A stretch of 64,000 nt of DNA, taken from positions 1,088,001 through 1,152,000 of the forward strand of contig OY820591.1 of the NCBI GenBank assembly GCA_963555985.3, read 5' to 3'. Of this stretch, positions 1-8,542 are shown piece by piece. Position 1 is the stretch's first letter, and each line of letters opens with the position of its first letter. Under the pieces are notes generated by a model. It searched no databases and was not told where the DNA came from. It saw nothing but the letters and a program-made list of their open reading frames with translations. The position numbers and the translations under genes are program-made. This DNA comes from Dehalococcoidia bacterium. GTDB taxonomy: Bacteria; Chloroflexota; Dehalococcoidia; Bin125.

Positions 1-62
1 CTGAGCGACTCGCATCGGAACTGTGTTTCCGGTCCTGGGCGCTTTCTCGTGGAAGAAATTAT

Positions 63-914
63 ATGCAACTGTGCTATCTCGATGAATCAGGTACCCCCGA
101 GCAGCCTGGGAACAGTTCACACTATGTACTTGTTGGCTTGTCAATTCCAGACGAATATTGGAAGCGTCATTTCGACGAGATTGAAGAGATTAAGGGGCGC
201 TACGACCTGCAGGACAGCGAAATTCACGTCGCTTGGATGATGAGGCCTTACCCCGAACAGATTGCGATCTCAGACTTTGAATCCCTGAGCTTAGATGCGC
301 GCCGCAGTGAAGTTCGAAAGTACCGAGCTAGCCGGAGATACTCGCGCCAGGAAAAAAGGAACCTCCGAAAGACTGGGCCTTACACTCATCTCACACTCGA
401 AGAACGACGCCGAGTGGTCCGAGAGTTGGCACAACTCATATCAGGTTGGGGCGTGTCTAGGCTGTTTGCGGAGTGTATCGATAAGACACACTTTGACCAG
501 GCCATTACAGGCACAACCGTCCACGAGCAAGCGTTCGAGCAGGTGGTTTCCCGTTTTGAACTATACCTACAGAATCGGCAGCAGGGTTTCGGAATCCTCA
601 TCCATGACAATAACGAAACAGTGGCTAAGAGACACACTGACCTGATGCGGTCGTTCTTGCAGCGAGGCACGTTGTGGACCGAACTCCGCTACGTGATCGA
701 AACTCCAATGTTCGTCGACAGCGCCCTCACGGGCATGATCCAGATGGCCGATCTTTGCGCCTATGCACTGCGACGGTACTTGGAAAATTCCGAGACGGAG
801 TTGTTCGATTTGGTGTTCATCAGAGCAGATCGGGTTGGAGAGACTGCTGTCGGAGTCCGGCACTTTACACGCCCGGGATGCGAGTGCAGGATTTGTCAGG
901 CGCACCGTCAATAG
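63..914 (+). CDS. DUF3800-family protein (RNase H-like fold)
   Basis: N-terminal YLDESG and C-terminal IQMADLCAY motifs typical of DUF3800; lower GC than the core genes. Confidence 0.8.
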   Translation: MQLCYLDESGTPEQPGNSSHYVLVGLSIPDEYWKRHFDEIEEIKGRYDLQDSEIHVAWMMRPYPEQIAISDFESLSLDARRSEVRKYRASRRYSRQEKRNLRKTGPYTHLTLEERRRVVRELAQLISGWGVSRLFAECIDKTHFDQAITGTTVHEQAFEQVVSRFELYLQNRQQGFGILIHDNNETVAKRHTDLMRSFLQRGTLWTELRYVIETPMFVDSALTGMIQMADLCAYALRRYLENSETELFDLVFIRADRVGETAVGVRHFTRPGCECRICQAHRQ

Positions 915-920
915 GCAACA

Positions 921-1136
921 TCAGGGGCTCTTGGGCGACTTGTCCGTGCGCAAGCCAAGCTCCTCGAAGCCGATCGTGGCGTTGATGTAGTCGCGGAGCA
1001 CGATCTTGCCGGTCTCGACGTCCCCGGCGAGCAGGCAAGAAACGCCCTCTTCCAGCAGCGCCTGGCGAAACGCGAGATCGCGCTGGGCGCGAGCCTGCAC
1101 CGTCTCCCTGGAGTCACGAGTGAGCGCCATCTTCAT
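921..1136 (-). pseudogene. Truncated addiction-module antidote/HTH regulator
   Basis: MALTRD...RDLAFRQALLEEGVSCLLAGDVETGKIVLRDYINATIGFEEL...KSPKS resembles the N-terminal part of this family; it stops before the expected HTH completion. Confidence 0.6.
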
Positions 1137-1161
1137 TCCCCTTGGCAGACGGGGGTGTGTT

Positions 1162-1238
1162 TGGTCCCCCCGGGAGGACTCGAACCTCCAGCCTGCGGAT
1201 TAGAAGTCCGCCGCTCTGTCCGCTTGAGCTACGGGGGG
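1162..1238 (-). tRNA. tRNA-Arg(UCU)
   Basis: Cloverleaf on the minus strand: CCCCCCG acceptor stem, TAGCTC D-arm, GCGGA-CTTCTAA-TCCGC anticodon arm, GGTTCGAGTCC T-arm, encoded CCA. Confidence 0.95.
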
Positions 1239-1241
1239 CGG

Positions 1242-2603
1242 CTAGCTCTGCGGGCGGCCCGCCTGGTAGGAAGCCGCGCCCTGCTTCTCCAACGATATCG
1301 CGATCGTCCGCTCTTCCACGCGCCCGTCGGGATAGGAAAACTCCAGCGTCAGGAGGCTCCGGTGCAAGCCGGGCGGCGCGCCGCCCGCCGCTGTCTCTAG
1401 ACGCAAGCGCGACGCGATTGGCGCGTGTCCGTAGCTGCTGCCCAGCGCCGCCCCGGCGTGCAGATCGACGCTGAGCCAGCTGGGAAGCTCGAGCACTCGC
1501 CAGGGCAACAAGCCGTCCCCGCCATTTCCGATCTCCAGGACAACCCCGCCAGTGCGCAACGTCGGGCCGAGCTCCACCTCCTCGGTCTCGAACGAGAGCG
1601 TCGGCGCGCCCAATACCAACGCCCGCAGCACGGCGTAGTGCGGCGCGCCTCCCTCGATCACCGGCGCGGTCGGTATGGCCGCGAACGGCAAGTCGAAGCT
1701 CATGGCCGCGAACGGCGCTCCTCCCAGTCCGGCGTACCACTGCTCAAGCCCTTCGTAGTAACGATCGGGTTCGAGCGGCCCGCCCGGCAGCGAGAGTTCA
1801 TCCAGCGGCGGCAGCGCAACCGGCAGCGGCTGCCAAAGCCGAACGCCGTCCACGACCGGCGGATTGATGATGCAGCCCAGCACTAGCTCCTGATACGGAT
1901 AGCCGTTGCGCGCGTCATTGCAGGTGTACGGCTGCGGCCGGAACGGATCGACGTCCGGTCCCAGCGGATGGTTCGAGATCGCCCAGCCGTTGTATCCCCA
2001 GAGGGCGTAGTACCACGACTCGATGTAGGCCGGATCGCTCTGGCCGACCACTGGAAACAGCTCGTCGTCGTTCCACTTCTTGGTCAGAATCTGCGCGCCC
2101 GCAGCGATGTTGTAGGCGAAGTGAGTTCCAACGAGCGCTTCGTAGCGGCTGGGTAGCCCGCCGTCGTTGTTGATGCTGCTGGTCACCTGCATGATCCCGT
2201 AGCCGCAGTCGAACGACAGCAGCGTCGGTCCCAGCGTCCCGTACGCGACGTGGATCTGGGTCTGGTTGATCTTGCTTTCGATCCAACCGATCGCGTGGAG
2301 AATCTGCGCGGGAATCATGGCGCTGGGGTCTTCGGCGCGCGCGCTTCCGGTCTCGAGCGGCGGCAAGGCAAACTCGAGATCAGTCGGGAACAGCTGGTTC
2401 GCGCCGGCTAAGACCTGCGCTTGGAGATAGAGCGCCCGCGATCGGTCCGCCTCGAACGACTGGAACGCGAACGGCGGGCCGCCGCCGCTGTACGGACAGA
2501 CGCTCGGAGCCGCGCTCGCGCGTTGCACGCGGAGCGACTGTCCGGCCTCGAAGCCGGCCAGCAAGAGCGCGCAGCCAAGCAGCGCCCAGATCGCCAGCCT
2601 CAC
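1242..2603 (-). CDS. Secreted lytic transglycosylase-like (SLT/lysozyme fold) protein with C-terminal Ig/BACON-like domain
   Basis: Signal peptide; AIGWIES, GYGIMQV, YNIAAGAQIL and ALWGYNG motifs; GTG start overlaps the upstream TGA. Confidence 0.65.
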   Translation of the reverse strand: MRLAIWALLGCALLLAGFEAGQSLRVQRASAAPSVCPYSGGGPPFAFQSFEADRSRALYLQAQVLAGANQLFPTDLEFALPPLETGSARAEDPSAMIPAQILHAIGWIESKINQTQIHVAYGTLGPTLLSFDCGYGIMQVTSSINNDGGLPSRYEALVGTHFAYNIAAGAQILTKKWNDDELFPVVGQSDPAYIESWYYALWGYNGWAISNHPLGPDVDPFRPQPYTCNDARNGYPYQELVLGCIINPPVVDGVRLWQPLPVALPPLDELSLPGGPLEPDRYYEGLEQWYAGLGGAPFAAMSFDLPFAAIPTAPVIEGGAPHYAVLRALVLGAPTLSFETEEVELGPTLRTGGVVLEIGNGGDGLLPWRVLELPSWLSVDLHAGAALGSSYGHAPIASRLRLETAAGGAPPGLHRSLLTLEFSYPDGRVEERTIAISLEKQGAASYQAGRPQS

Positions 2604-3823
2604 TCGTGCCACCAGCCGAACAACCGCAGGTTGGCGTCCTGCGCCGTGATCAGCGCGCCCTCGGGACCGCGTACCGCCGCTCGTTCCCCTCCTGGAGCGC
2701 CGGGACCTGAGCCGCTGAACGACCGCAGCGCCAGCCAGCGCCCGCTTGGATCCCAACTCAGCGGCAGCGTGAACCCTTGCGCGCGATCCAATTCACCGGA
2801 CCACGAGCCGAAGTGCAAGCCTCCATCCGGCCGCCAGACGGGAGCGGCGCTGTTGGGGATGCCGCTGCCGCCGGATACATCCGAAACGGCCATGCGCGCC
2901 GCCGTACCGCTGGCGCTCGACAGCAGCAGCGGCGAATCCGCCGAACTGTCGCTCAAGGCCGTCACCCGCACCGACAATTCCACTCCCTGCTGTTCGCCGA
3001 AGGCCAACAACGTCCCGTCAGGCGAGAGCGCCCAATCGCGCGATCCATGATCTGAGATCCGGGTTCGTTTCTGCACCACTGCACGGCCATCGACTAGGGA
3101 AAGCGCTACCAGCGACGTACCCCAGGCATCGATGGTGGTCGCCCAGACCGTGCTGCCGCGCATCGCCACTGCATACACGCCGCCAACGCCGACCGGAGAC
3201 CACCGCGCCGCCTCCGCGCCGCTCTTTGCCTCTAGCACAAGCAAACTCTGCCCGTGACGCACCAACAGATGCTCGCCGTCGTCGGACCAGAGCACGCCCC
3301 CGCTCAGATCGAGGCCGGTGAGTACGCGCCTCACGCCGCGTTCCGTAATCAGATCGAGCGCCGCCTGAGTCGCTGGTTCCCAACTCCCGGGCGGCAGCGA
3401 GAGCACGGCGGCGACCGATGCGTTGGGAGCCGTTGCCGCTTCGATATCCCAGTCCGGCGCGTGCGGCACATCCGCCAATCGCGTGCGCTCACCTTGTAAA
3501 TCGTCGGCGGGTACCAACCAGAGCGTGGATCGAGTGTCGTGAAACTCGCCTGCAAGCAGTCTGGGCGCGCCGCTCTCGCGTTGGCCGAATTCAAACTCAA
3601 ACGTCGTTGCGGGCGCGAACAGACCCAACAGTAGTCCCACCACCGGCAGTGCGAGGAGCGCCGCCCACGGCAACATCCGACGCCTGGTCAGCGGCCGTCC
3701 GCGCCTACGAGAGAGTCGCCGGAGTTGGAGGAGCATCTGCTGCGTCGGCCCCGCCAGGCCAAGCGCCGCCACTCTATCACGCGGCGCGAATGGCTTCCGC
3801 GCTGCTAGGCTGAGCGTGTTCAA
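2600..3823 (-). CDS. Membrane-anchored beta-propeller-like (TolB/WD40-like) hypothetical protein; true start may be downstream
   Basis: Hydrophobic segment followed by WSDDG, LSPDG, WRPDG and WDPSG repeats. Confidence 0.55.
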   Translation of the reverse strand: MNTLSLAARKPFAPRDRVAALGLAGPTQQMLLQLRRLSRRRGRPLTRRRMLPWAALLALPVVGLLLGLFAPATTFEFEFGQRESGAPRLLAGEFHDTRSTLWLVPADDLQGERTRLADVPHAPDWDIEAATAPNASVAAVLSLPPGSWEPATQAALDLITERGVRRVLTGLDLSGGVLWSDDGEHLLVRHGQSLLVLEAKSGAEAARWSPVGVGGVYAVAMRGSTVWATTIDAWGTSLVALSLVDGRAVVQKRTRISDHGSRDWALSPDGTLLAFGEQQGVELSVRVTALSDSSADSPLLLSSASGTAARMAVSDVSGGSGIPNSAAPVWRPDGGLHFGSWSGELDRAQGFTLPLSWDPSGRWLALRSFSGSGPGAPGGERAAVRGPEGALITAQDANLRLFGWWHE

Positions 3824-3856
3824 CCCGCAATCTCCCCCTCAGCTCGGAGGCGGCCT

Positions 3857-4882
3857 GTGGCCCGAATCACGATCATCGGTCTCGGATATATCGGCGGCTC
3901 GATCGGCCTCGGATTGCGCCAGGCCAACCTCAAGAACACCGACATCGTCGGCTTTGACGACTGGCGCCGTGCTCGCAACGCCGCCAACAAGCAGAACGTC
4001 GTCGACCAGACGGCCGGCTCACTGCGTGAGGCGGTGGATGGCGCTGGCCTGGTTGTGCTCGCGACGCCGCCCGCAGCGACCGAGGAGATACTGAGAGAAA
4101 TCGCCCCGTATCTCGGTCGCGGAGCGGCCGTGACCGACACCGCTGCCTCAAAGGCGCAAGTGCTGCGCTGGGCCAAGCAGGAACTGCCCGCCGGCGTCTC
4201 CTTCATCGGAGGACATCCAATGGCCGGCGACGCGGCTGCCTTTGGCATCGAGAATGCCTCTGCCACCTTGTTTCAGGGCAAGCGCTGGTTCGTCAGCCCC
4301 TCAGCCGACGCCTCCGACGCCGCCGTGAAATCCGTCCTCGGCATGATCCGCGAGTTGGGCGCCACGCCGCATTTCCTCTCCGACGAAGAGCACGACTACG
4401 TCGTCGCGGGCGCATCGCATCTCCCCCTGATCGTTTCGACCGCCCTTTTCACGCTCTTGCGCGGATCGGACGGCTGGCCCGATTTCGGTCGCGGCGCCGG
4501 CGACACCTTCCGCAAAATGACCGAGTTCAACAACGGCGACCCCTCACTCACGACCGAGATCGCCGTCACCAACCGTGAGCAGTTGCAACACTGGATCGAC
4601 CGCTTCGTGCTCGAACTGCATCGCGTCCGCAACCTGCTCGACAGCGACGAAGAAGAGATCTTCCGGGAGTACTCCACCGCCCAGATCAACTACGCCAAGT
4701 TCCTCTCCGGCGACGATCTCGATCCCGACCAGGCGCATCAGCAGGACATCCCCGACGCCACTTCCCAAATGGCCGCCTTGCTTGTCAGCCAGCGGGTGTA
4801 TGACCGCGTGCGCGACATGACCAAGCGCTCCGAAGCGCGCGAGAAGGAGCAGCGCCGCGGGCGCTTCGGACGCTCACGGTGA
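3857..4882 (+). CDS. tyrA: Prephenate dehydrogenase
   Basis: IIGLGYIGGSIG Rossmann motif, GGHPMAG, EEHD...SHLP; GGAGG RBS. Confidence 0.9.
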   Translation: MARITIIGLGYIGGSIGLGLRQANLKNTDIVGFDDWRRARNAANKQNVVDQTAGSLREAVDGAGLVVLATPPAATEEILREIAPYLGRGAAVTDTAASKAQVLRWAKQELPAGVSFIGGHPMAGDAAAFGIENASATLFQGKRWFVSPSADASDAAVKSVLGMIRELGATPHFLSDEEHDYVVAGASHLPLIVSTALFTLLRGSDGWPDFGRGAGDTFRKMTEFNNGDPSLTTEIAVTNREQLQHWIDRFVLELHRVRNLLDSDEEEIFREYSTAQINYAKFLSGDDLDPDQAHQQDIPDATSQMAALLVSQRVYDRVRDMTKRSEAREKEQRRGRFGRSR

Positions 4883-4902
4883 CGCGATCCGGCGACGAGA
4901 GC

Positions 4903-6225
4903 ATGAGCACCAGGCGTCAACTTCGGAGCTCAGGCCCCCTGCGCGGAACGCTGCGCGTTCCCGGCGACAAGTCGATCTCGCATCGCACCCTGATCTGCAA
5001 CGCGCTCGCCGCCGGGGACGCACGCATCTCCAATCTGCTCGACAGCGCCGACTGCCGCTCAACCATGGCCTGCCTCGAACAGTGGGGCGTGCGCTTTGAA
5101 CATGACGGCAACGAGCTCATCGTCCGCAGTCCGGGCCAGGCCGCCTTCCATGAGCCGGCCTCAGTCCTCGACTGCGGCAACAGCGGTACCTCAATGCGAC
5201 TGCTCGCAGGCGTGGCGGCGGGACTGCCGTTCGAGAGCCGCTTCGACGGCGACGATTCGTTGCGCCGCCGCCCGATGGACCGAGTGCTGGACCCGCTCGC
5301 GCAGATGGGCGCGCAAGTGGACGGCGCCCACGACGCGACTCGCGCTCCGTTCGTCGTGTCCGGCGGGAACGGACTCCGATCCGGTTTTGAGGGCGAACTC
5401 GCGGTCGCCAGCGCCCAAGTCAAGAGCTGCATCATTCTGGCCTCCCTGCGCGCGAATCGAATCAGTCGTGTGATCGAACCCGGCCCAACCCGCGACCACA
5501 CCGAGCGGATGCTCACCGCGATGGGGGCAGCGATCGAGGTGGACGGAGCCGAAATCACGATCCGTCCAGGATCGGCGTTGCGGCCGCAGGACGTAGATGT
5601 GCCCGGCGACATCAGCGCCGCAGCCTTCTGGATCATTGCTGCCGCCATCGTGCCCGGCTCGAAACTGCGCCTGCCCGAGGTCGGCGTGAATCCGCGGCGC
5701 ACGGGAGTCATTGACGTGCTGCGCCAAATGGGCGCGCAGATCGAACTGAACAACCTGCGCGACGTCTCCGGCGAACCGGTGGCGGACATCGCCGTTCGCG
5801 GCTCCGAACTGCATGGCACGGTGATCGACGGCGATCTCATTGTCCGTGCGCTCGATGAACTGCCTGCCCTCGCCGTCGCCGCCGCATCCGCTGACGGCGT
5901 CACCGAGATCCGCGACGCAGCCGAACTGCGCGTCAAGGAGTCCGACCGAATCGCCACCACCAGCGCACTCCTGACCGGAATGGGCGGCGATCCGGAGCTG
6001 CCGGTTCGCGTCGAAGAACGCGCCGACGGTATGCGCATCGTCGGCGGCCGGCTTCGCGGCGGCGCAGTCCAGTCATTCGGCGATCACCGCTTGGCCATGG
6101 CCGCCGCCGTCGCATCGTTGGCCGCCGAAGGACCGACCGAGCTTCACGGCGCGGAGGCCGTATCAATCTCATATCCCGAGTTCTGGACACACCTGGATCA
6201 GATTCGCAATGTCCCAGCGGTCTGA
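4903..6225 (+). CDS. aroA: 3-phosphoshikimate 1-carboxyvinyltransferase (EPSP synthase)
   Basis: PGDKSISHR, DCGNSGT, SAQVKS, ELRVKESDRI, DHRLAM. Confidence 0.95.
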   Translation: MSTRRQLRSSGPLRGTLRVPGDKSISHRTLICNALAAGDARISNLLDSADCRSTMACLEQWGVRFEHDGNELIVRSPGQAAFHEPASVLDCGNSGTSMRLLAGVAAGLPFESRFDGDDSLRRRPMDRVLDPLAQMGAQVDGAHDATRAPFVVSGGNGLRSGFEGELAVASAQVKSCIILASLRANRISRVIEPGPTRDHTERMLTAMGAAIEVDGAEITIRPGSALRPQDVDVPGDISAAAFWIIAAAIVPGSKLRLPEVGVNPRRTGVIDVLRQMGAQIELNNLRDVSGEPVADIAVRGSELHGTVIDGDLIVRALDELPALAVAAASADGVTEIRDAAELRVKESDRIATTSALLTGMGGDPELPVRVEERADGMRIVGGRLRGGAVQSFGDHRLAMAAAVASLAAEGPTELHGAEAVSISYPEFWTHLDQIRNVPAV

Positions 6226-6811
6226 CGAAATTCCGCTCACCGTCGTCCTCTCCGGCCCCTCAGGAGCGGGCAAAGACACGGTCTTACGCGCCGCCCTCGC
6301 ACTGGACTCCTCTCTCGCAACGGTCGCAACCGTCAAAACCCGCCCACCCCGGCCGGGCGAGATCGACGGTGTGCACCAAGTCTTCCTCAGCGAGCAAGAA
6401 TTCGATCAGTGGCTGGCCGAGGACGCCTTCCTTGAGCACGCGGTCGTCTATGGACACCGCAGCGGCGTCCCCCGCGCAGCAGTCGACCAGCTCCACCGCG
6501 AAGGCAAGTGCGTGATCTTGCGCACCGACGTGCAAGGCGCACGTACCTTGCGTGAACGCCTCACCGCGCCGCTGTTGGCGTTTGTCACCGCTCCCGACCT
6601 TGCCACGCTCGAACGCCGCATTCGCAGTCGCGGCGCGGAGTCTGAGTCCGACATCGCCCGGCGCCTCGCCGAAGTTGAGGCGGAATTGACCGAAGCAGAG
6701 TGGTTTGACCGCGTGATCATCAACGCGGACGATGAGCACGACCGCGCCGCGCGTGAACTGGTTGACTGGATCAACGCCGAACGTATCCAGCGCGCGCGGG
6801 AACACGATTGA
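6209..6811 (+). CDS. gmk: Guanylate kinase
   Basis: LSGPSGAGKDT P-loop, TRPPRPGEIDG, DVQGA. Confidence 0.9.
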   Translation: MSQRSDEIPLTVVLSGPSGAGKDTVLRAALALDSSLATVATVKTRPPRPGEIDGVHQVFLSEQEFDQWLAEDAFLEHAVVYGHRSGVPRAAVDQLHREGKCVILRTDVQGARTLRERLTAPLLAFVTAPDLATLERRIRSRGAESESDIARRLAEVEAELTEAEWFDRVIINADDEHDRAARELVDWINAERIQRAREHD

Positions 6812-6835
6812 CAGCGCCGGCGGCTGTTCTAACAT
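6808..6835 (+). promoter_or_regulatory. Candidate sigma70 promoter of the trp operon
   Basis: TTGACA-N16-TAACAT upstream of the leader ORF and trpE. Confidence 0.55.
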
Positions 6836-6878
6836 GCAATTCGGTACGCAAGCGCCAGTGCCGAACTTGAGGAACGTG

Positions 6879-6953
6879 ATGAGTGAAACGTTGCGGCGGC
6901 CCCTGGCGCATTGCCGAACCTCGGGCGGAGTAGGGGCTTGGCGACGCGAGTAG
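6879..6953 (+). CDS. Candidate Trp leader peptide (MSETLRRPLAHCRTSGGVGAWRRE)
   Basis: GAGGAA RBS; 24-aa ORF with a Trp codon near its end, between the promoter and trpE. Confidence 0.45.
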   Translation: MSETLRRPLAHCRTSGGVGAWRRE

Positions 6954-7032
6954 CTGCTCGTGTCCGCCGCGCGGAGCGGGTCGCCGAATCGGATCGACCT
7001 TACGCCGCGCCCATCCCCCTGGAGTCCCTCCC

Positions 7033-8541
7033 ATGCCGTTGACCGGTGAACTCACGCCGAGCTTGGACGAATTCAAAGCGCTCGCCCGCGACGCCTCCCG
7101 CAATGGAAGCGGCAACTGGGCGCCTCTCTACCGCGAAGTCCTGGCTGATCTCGAAACCCCCGTTTCCGCCTTCCTCAAGGTCAAGCGCGGACCCTACTCG
7201 TTCCTACTCGAATCAGTCGAAGGCGGCGAACGCCCCGGACGCTACTCCTTCATTGGCACTGAGCCCTACCGCGTACTGCGCGCTCCGTCCGGCGGCGCTG
7301 AAGATCCACTCCACTTAGTCGAAGCCGAACTGGAGCGCTTCCAGCTCGTGCCGAATCCTGATCTGCCCCCGTTCGGCGGCGGCGCGGTCGGCTATCTCAG
7401 CTATGAAGCGATCCGACACTTCGAGCCGCGCGTGCAGCCGGCCGAGCTCGATCCCCACGGTTTGCCCGAAGCGCTCTTCCAGTTCGTCGATACGGTGCTC
7501 GTCTTCGACCATCTCAAGCACGTGATCAAAGTCGTCACCCACGCCCGCCTTGATGGCGATCTCGACGCTGCTTACCGCCAGGCCGAGTTCCGCATCAACG
7601 AACTGGTCGACCGCTTGCAGGACGCCGCCCCGATCCCGCCGGTGGACGCGCCGATCCCTTCGAGCCATTCCACCCGCATCCGCTCGAATATGGAGCGCGA
7701 GGCCTACTTCTCCGACGTCAAGCAGATCCAGGATTACGTGATCGCGGGCGACATCATCCAGTGTGTCTACTCGCAGCGCTTCTCCCGTGAGACGTTCGTG
7801 CATCCCTTCAACGTCTACCGAACCCTGCGCACCGTCAATCCGTCCCCCTACACCTACTACCTGGAGATGGATGATCACCAGATCGTCGGTACTTCACCGG
7901 AGCTGTTGGTGATCGTCGAAAACGGTCAGGTTGCCACGCACCCGATCGCTGGCACGCGCCGCCGCGGTGCGAACGAAGCCGAGGATGCTGCCCTCGAAGC
8001 CGAACTTCGCGCCGATGAGAAAGAGATCGCGGAACATGTCATGCTGCTCGATCTCGGCCGCAACGACATTGGCCGGGTCGCACGGCCCGGCACGGTCCGC
8101 GTGACTCAAGAGTTGGATGTGGAGCGCTACAGCCACGTCATGCACCTGGTCTCCCACGTCGAAGCCGACCTCGATCACGGGCGCACAGCCTTTGACGCGG
8201 TTCGTGCGACCTTCCCCGCAGGCACAGTCTCCGGCGCGCCCAAGATCCGCGCGATGGAAATCATCTCGGAGCTGGAGGAAGACCAACGCGGCCCCTACGC
8301 CGGCGCGCTCGGCTACTTCGGCTTCGGCGGCAACATGGAGACCGCCATCACGATCCGCACGATCATCATGCAGGACGGCGTCGCCTCCGTGCAGGCCGGC
8401 GGCGGCATCGTCTACGACTCCAGACCGACGACAGAGTTCGAGGAAACCGTCAACAAGGCGATGGGCATGTTCACTGCCCTCGACCTGGCTGAAGAACGCT
8501 CCCGCGCCAGCGCGGGTATGCGCGGATCACGCGGATACTGA
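7033..8541 (+). CDS. trpE: Anthranilate synthase component I
   Basis: FLLESVEGGE, NPSPY, PIAGTRRRG, EHVMLLDLGRND, PAGTVSGAPK. Confidence 0.95.
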   Translation: MPLTGELTPSLDEFKALARDASRNGSGNWAPLYREVLADLETPVSAFLKVKRGPYSFLLESVEGGERPGRYSFIGTEPYRVLRAPSGGAEDPLHLVEAELERFQLVPNPDLPPFGGGAVGYLSYEAIRHFEPRVQPAELDPHGLPEALFQFVDTVLVFDHLKHVIKVVTHARLDGDLDAAYRQAEFRINELVDRLQDAAPIPPVDAPIPSSHSTRIRSNMEREAYFSDVKQIQDYVIAGDIIQCVYSQRFSRETFVHPFNVYRTLRTVNPSPYTYYLEMDDHQIVGTSPELLVIVENGQVATHPIAGTRRRGANEAEDAALEAELRADEKEIAEHVMLLDLGRNDIGRVARPGTVRVTQELDVERYSHVMHLVSHVEADLDHGRTAFDAVRATFPAGTVSGAPKIRAMEIISELEEDQRGPYAGALGYFGFGGNMETAITIRTIIMQDGVASVQAGGGIVYDSRPTTEFEETVNKAMGMFTALDLAEERSRASAGMRGSRGY

Positions 8542-8542
8542 C

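Noticed and set aside
921-923. TGA as possible selenocysteine codon given selB
   Set aside because: No redox motif or SECIS-like hairpin; readthrough runs antisense into DUF3800. I saw no convincing in-frame UGA selenoprotein in the window
8117-8542. Long N-terminal extension of the Nudix-CMD ORF overlapping trpE
   Set aside because: Out-of-frame read of trpE; the GTG at 8543 is the plausible start
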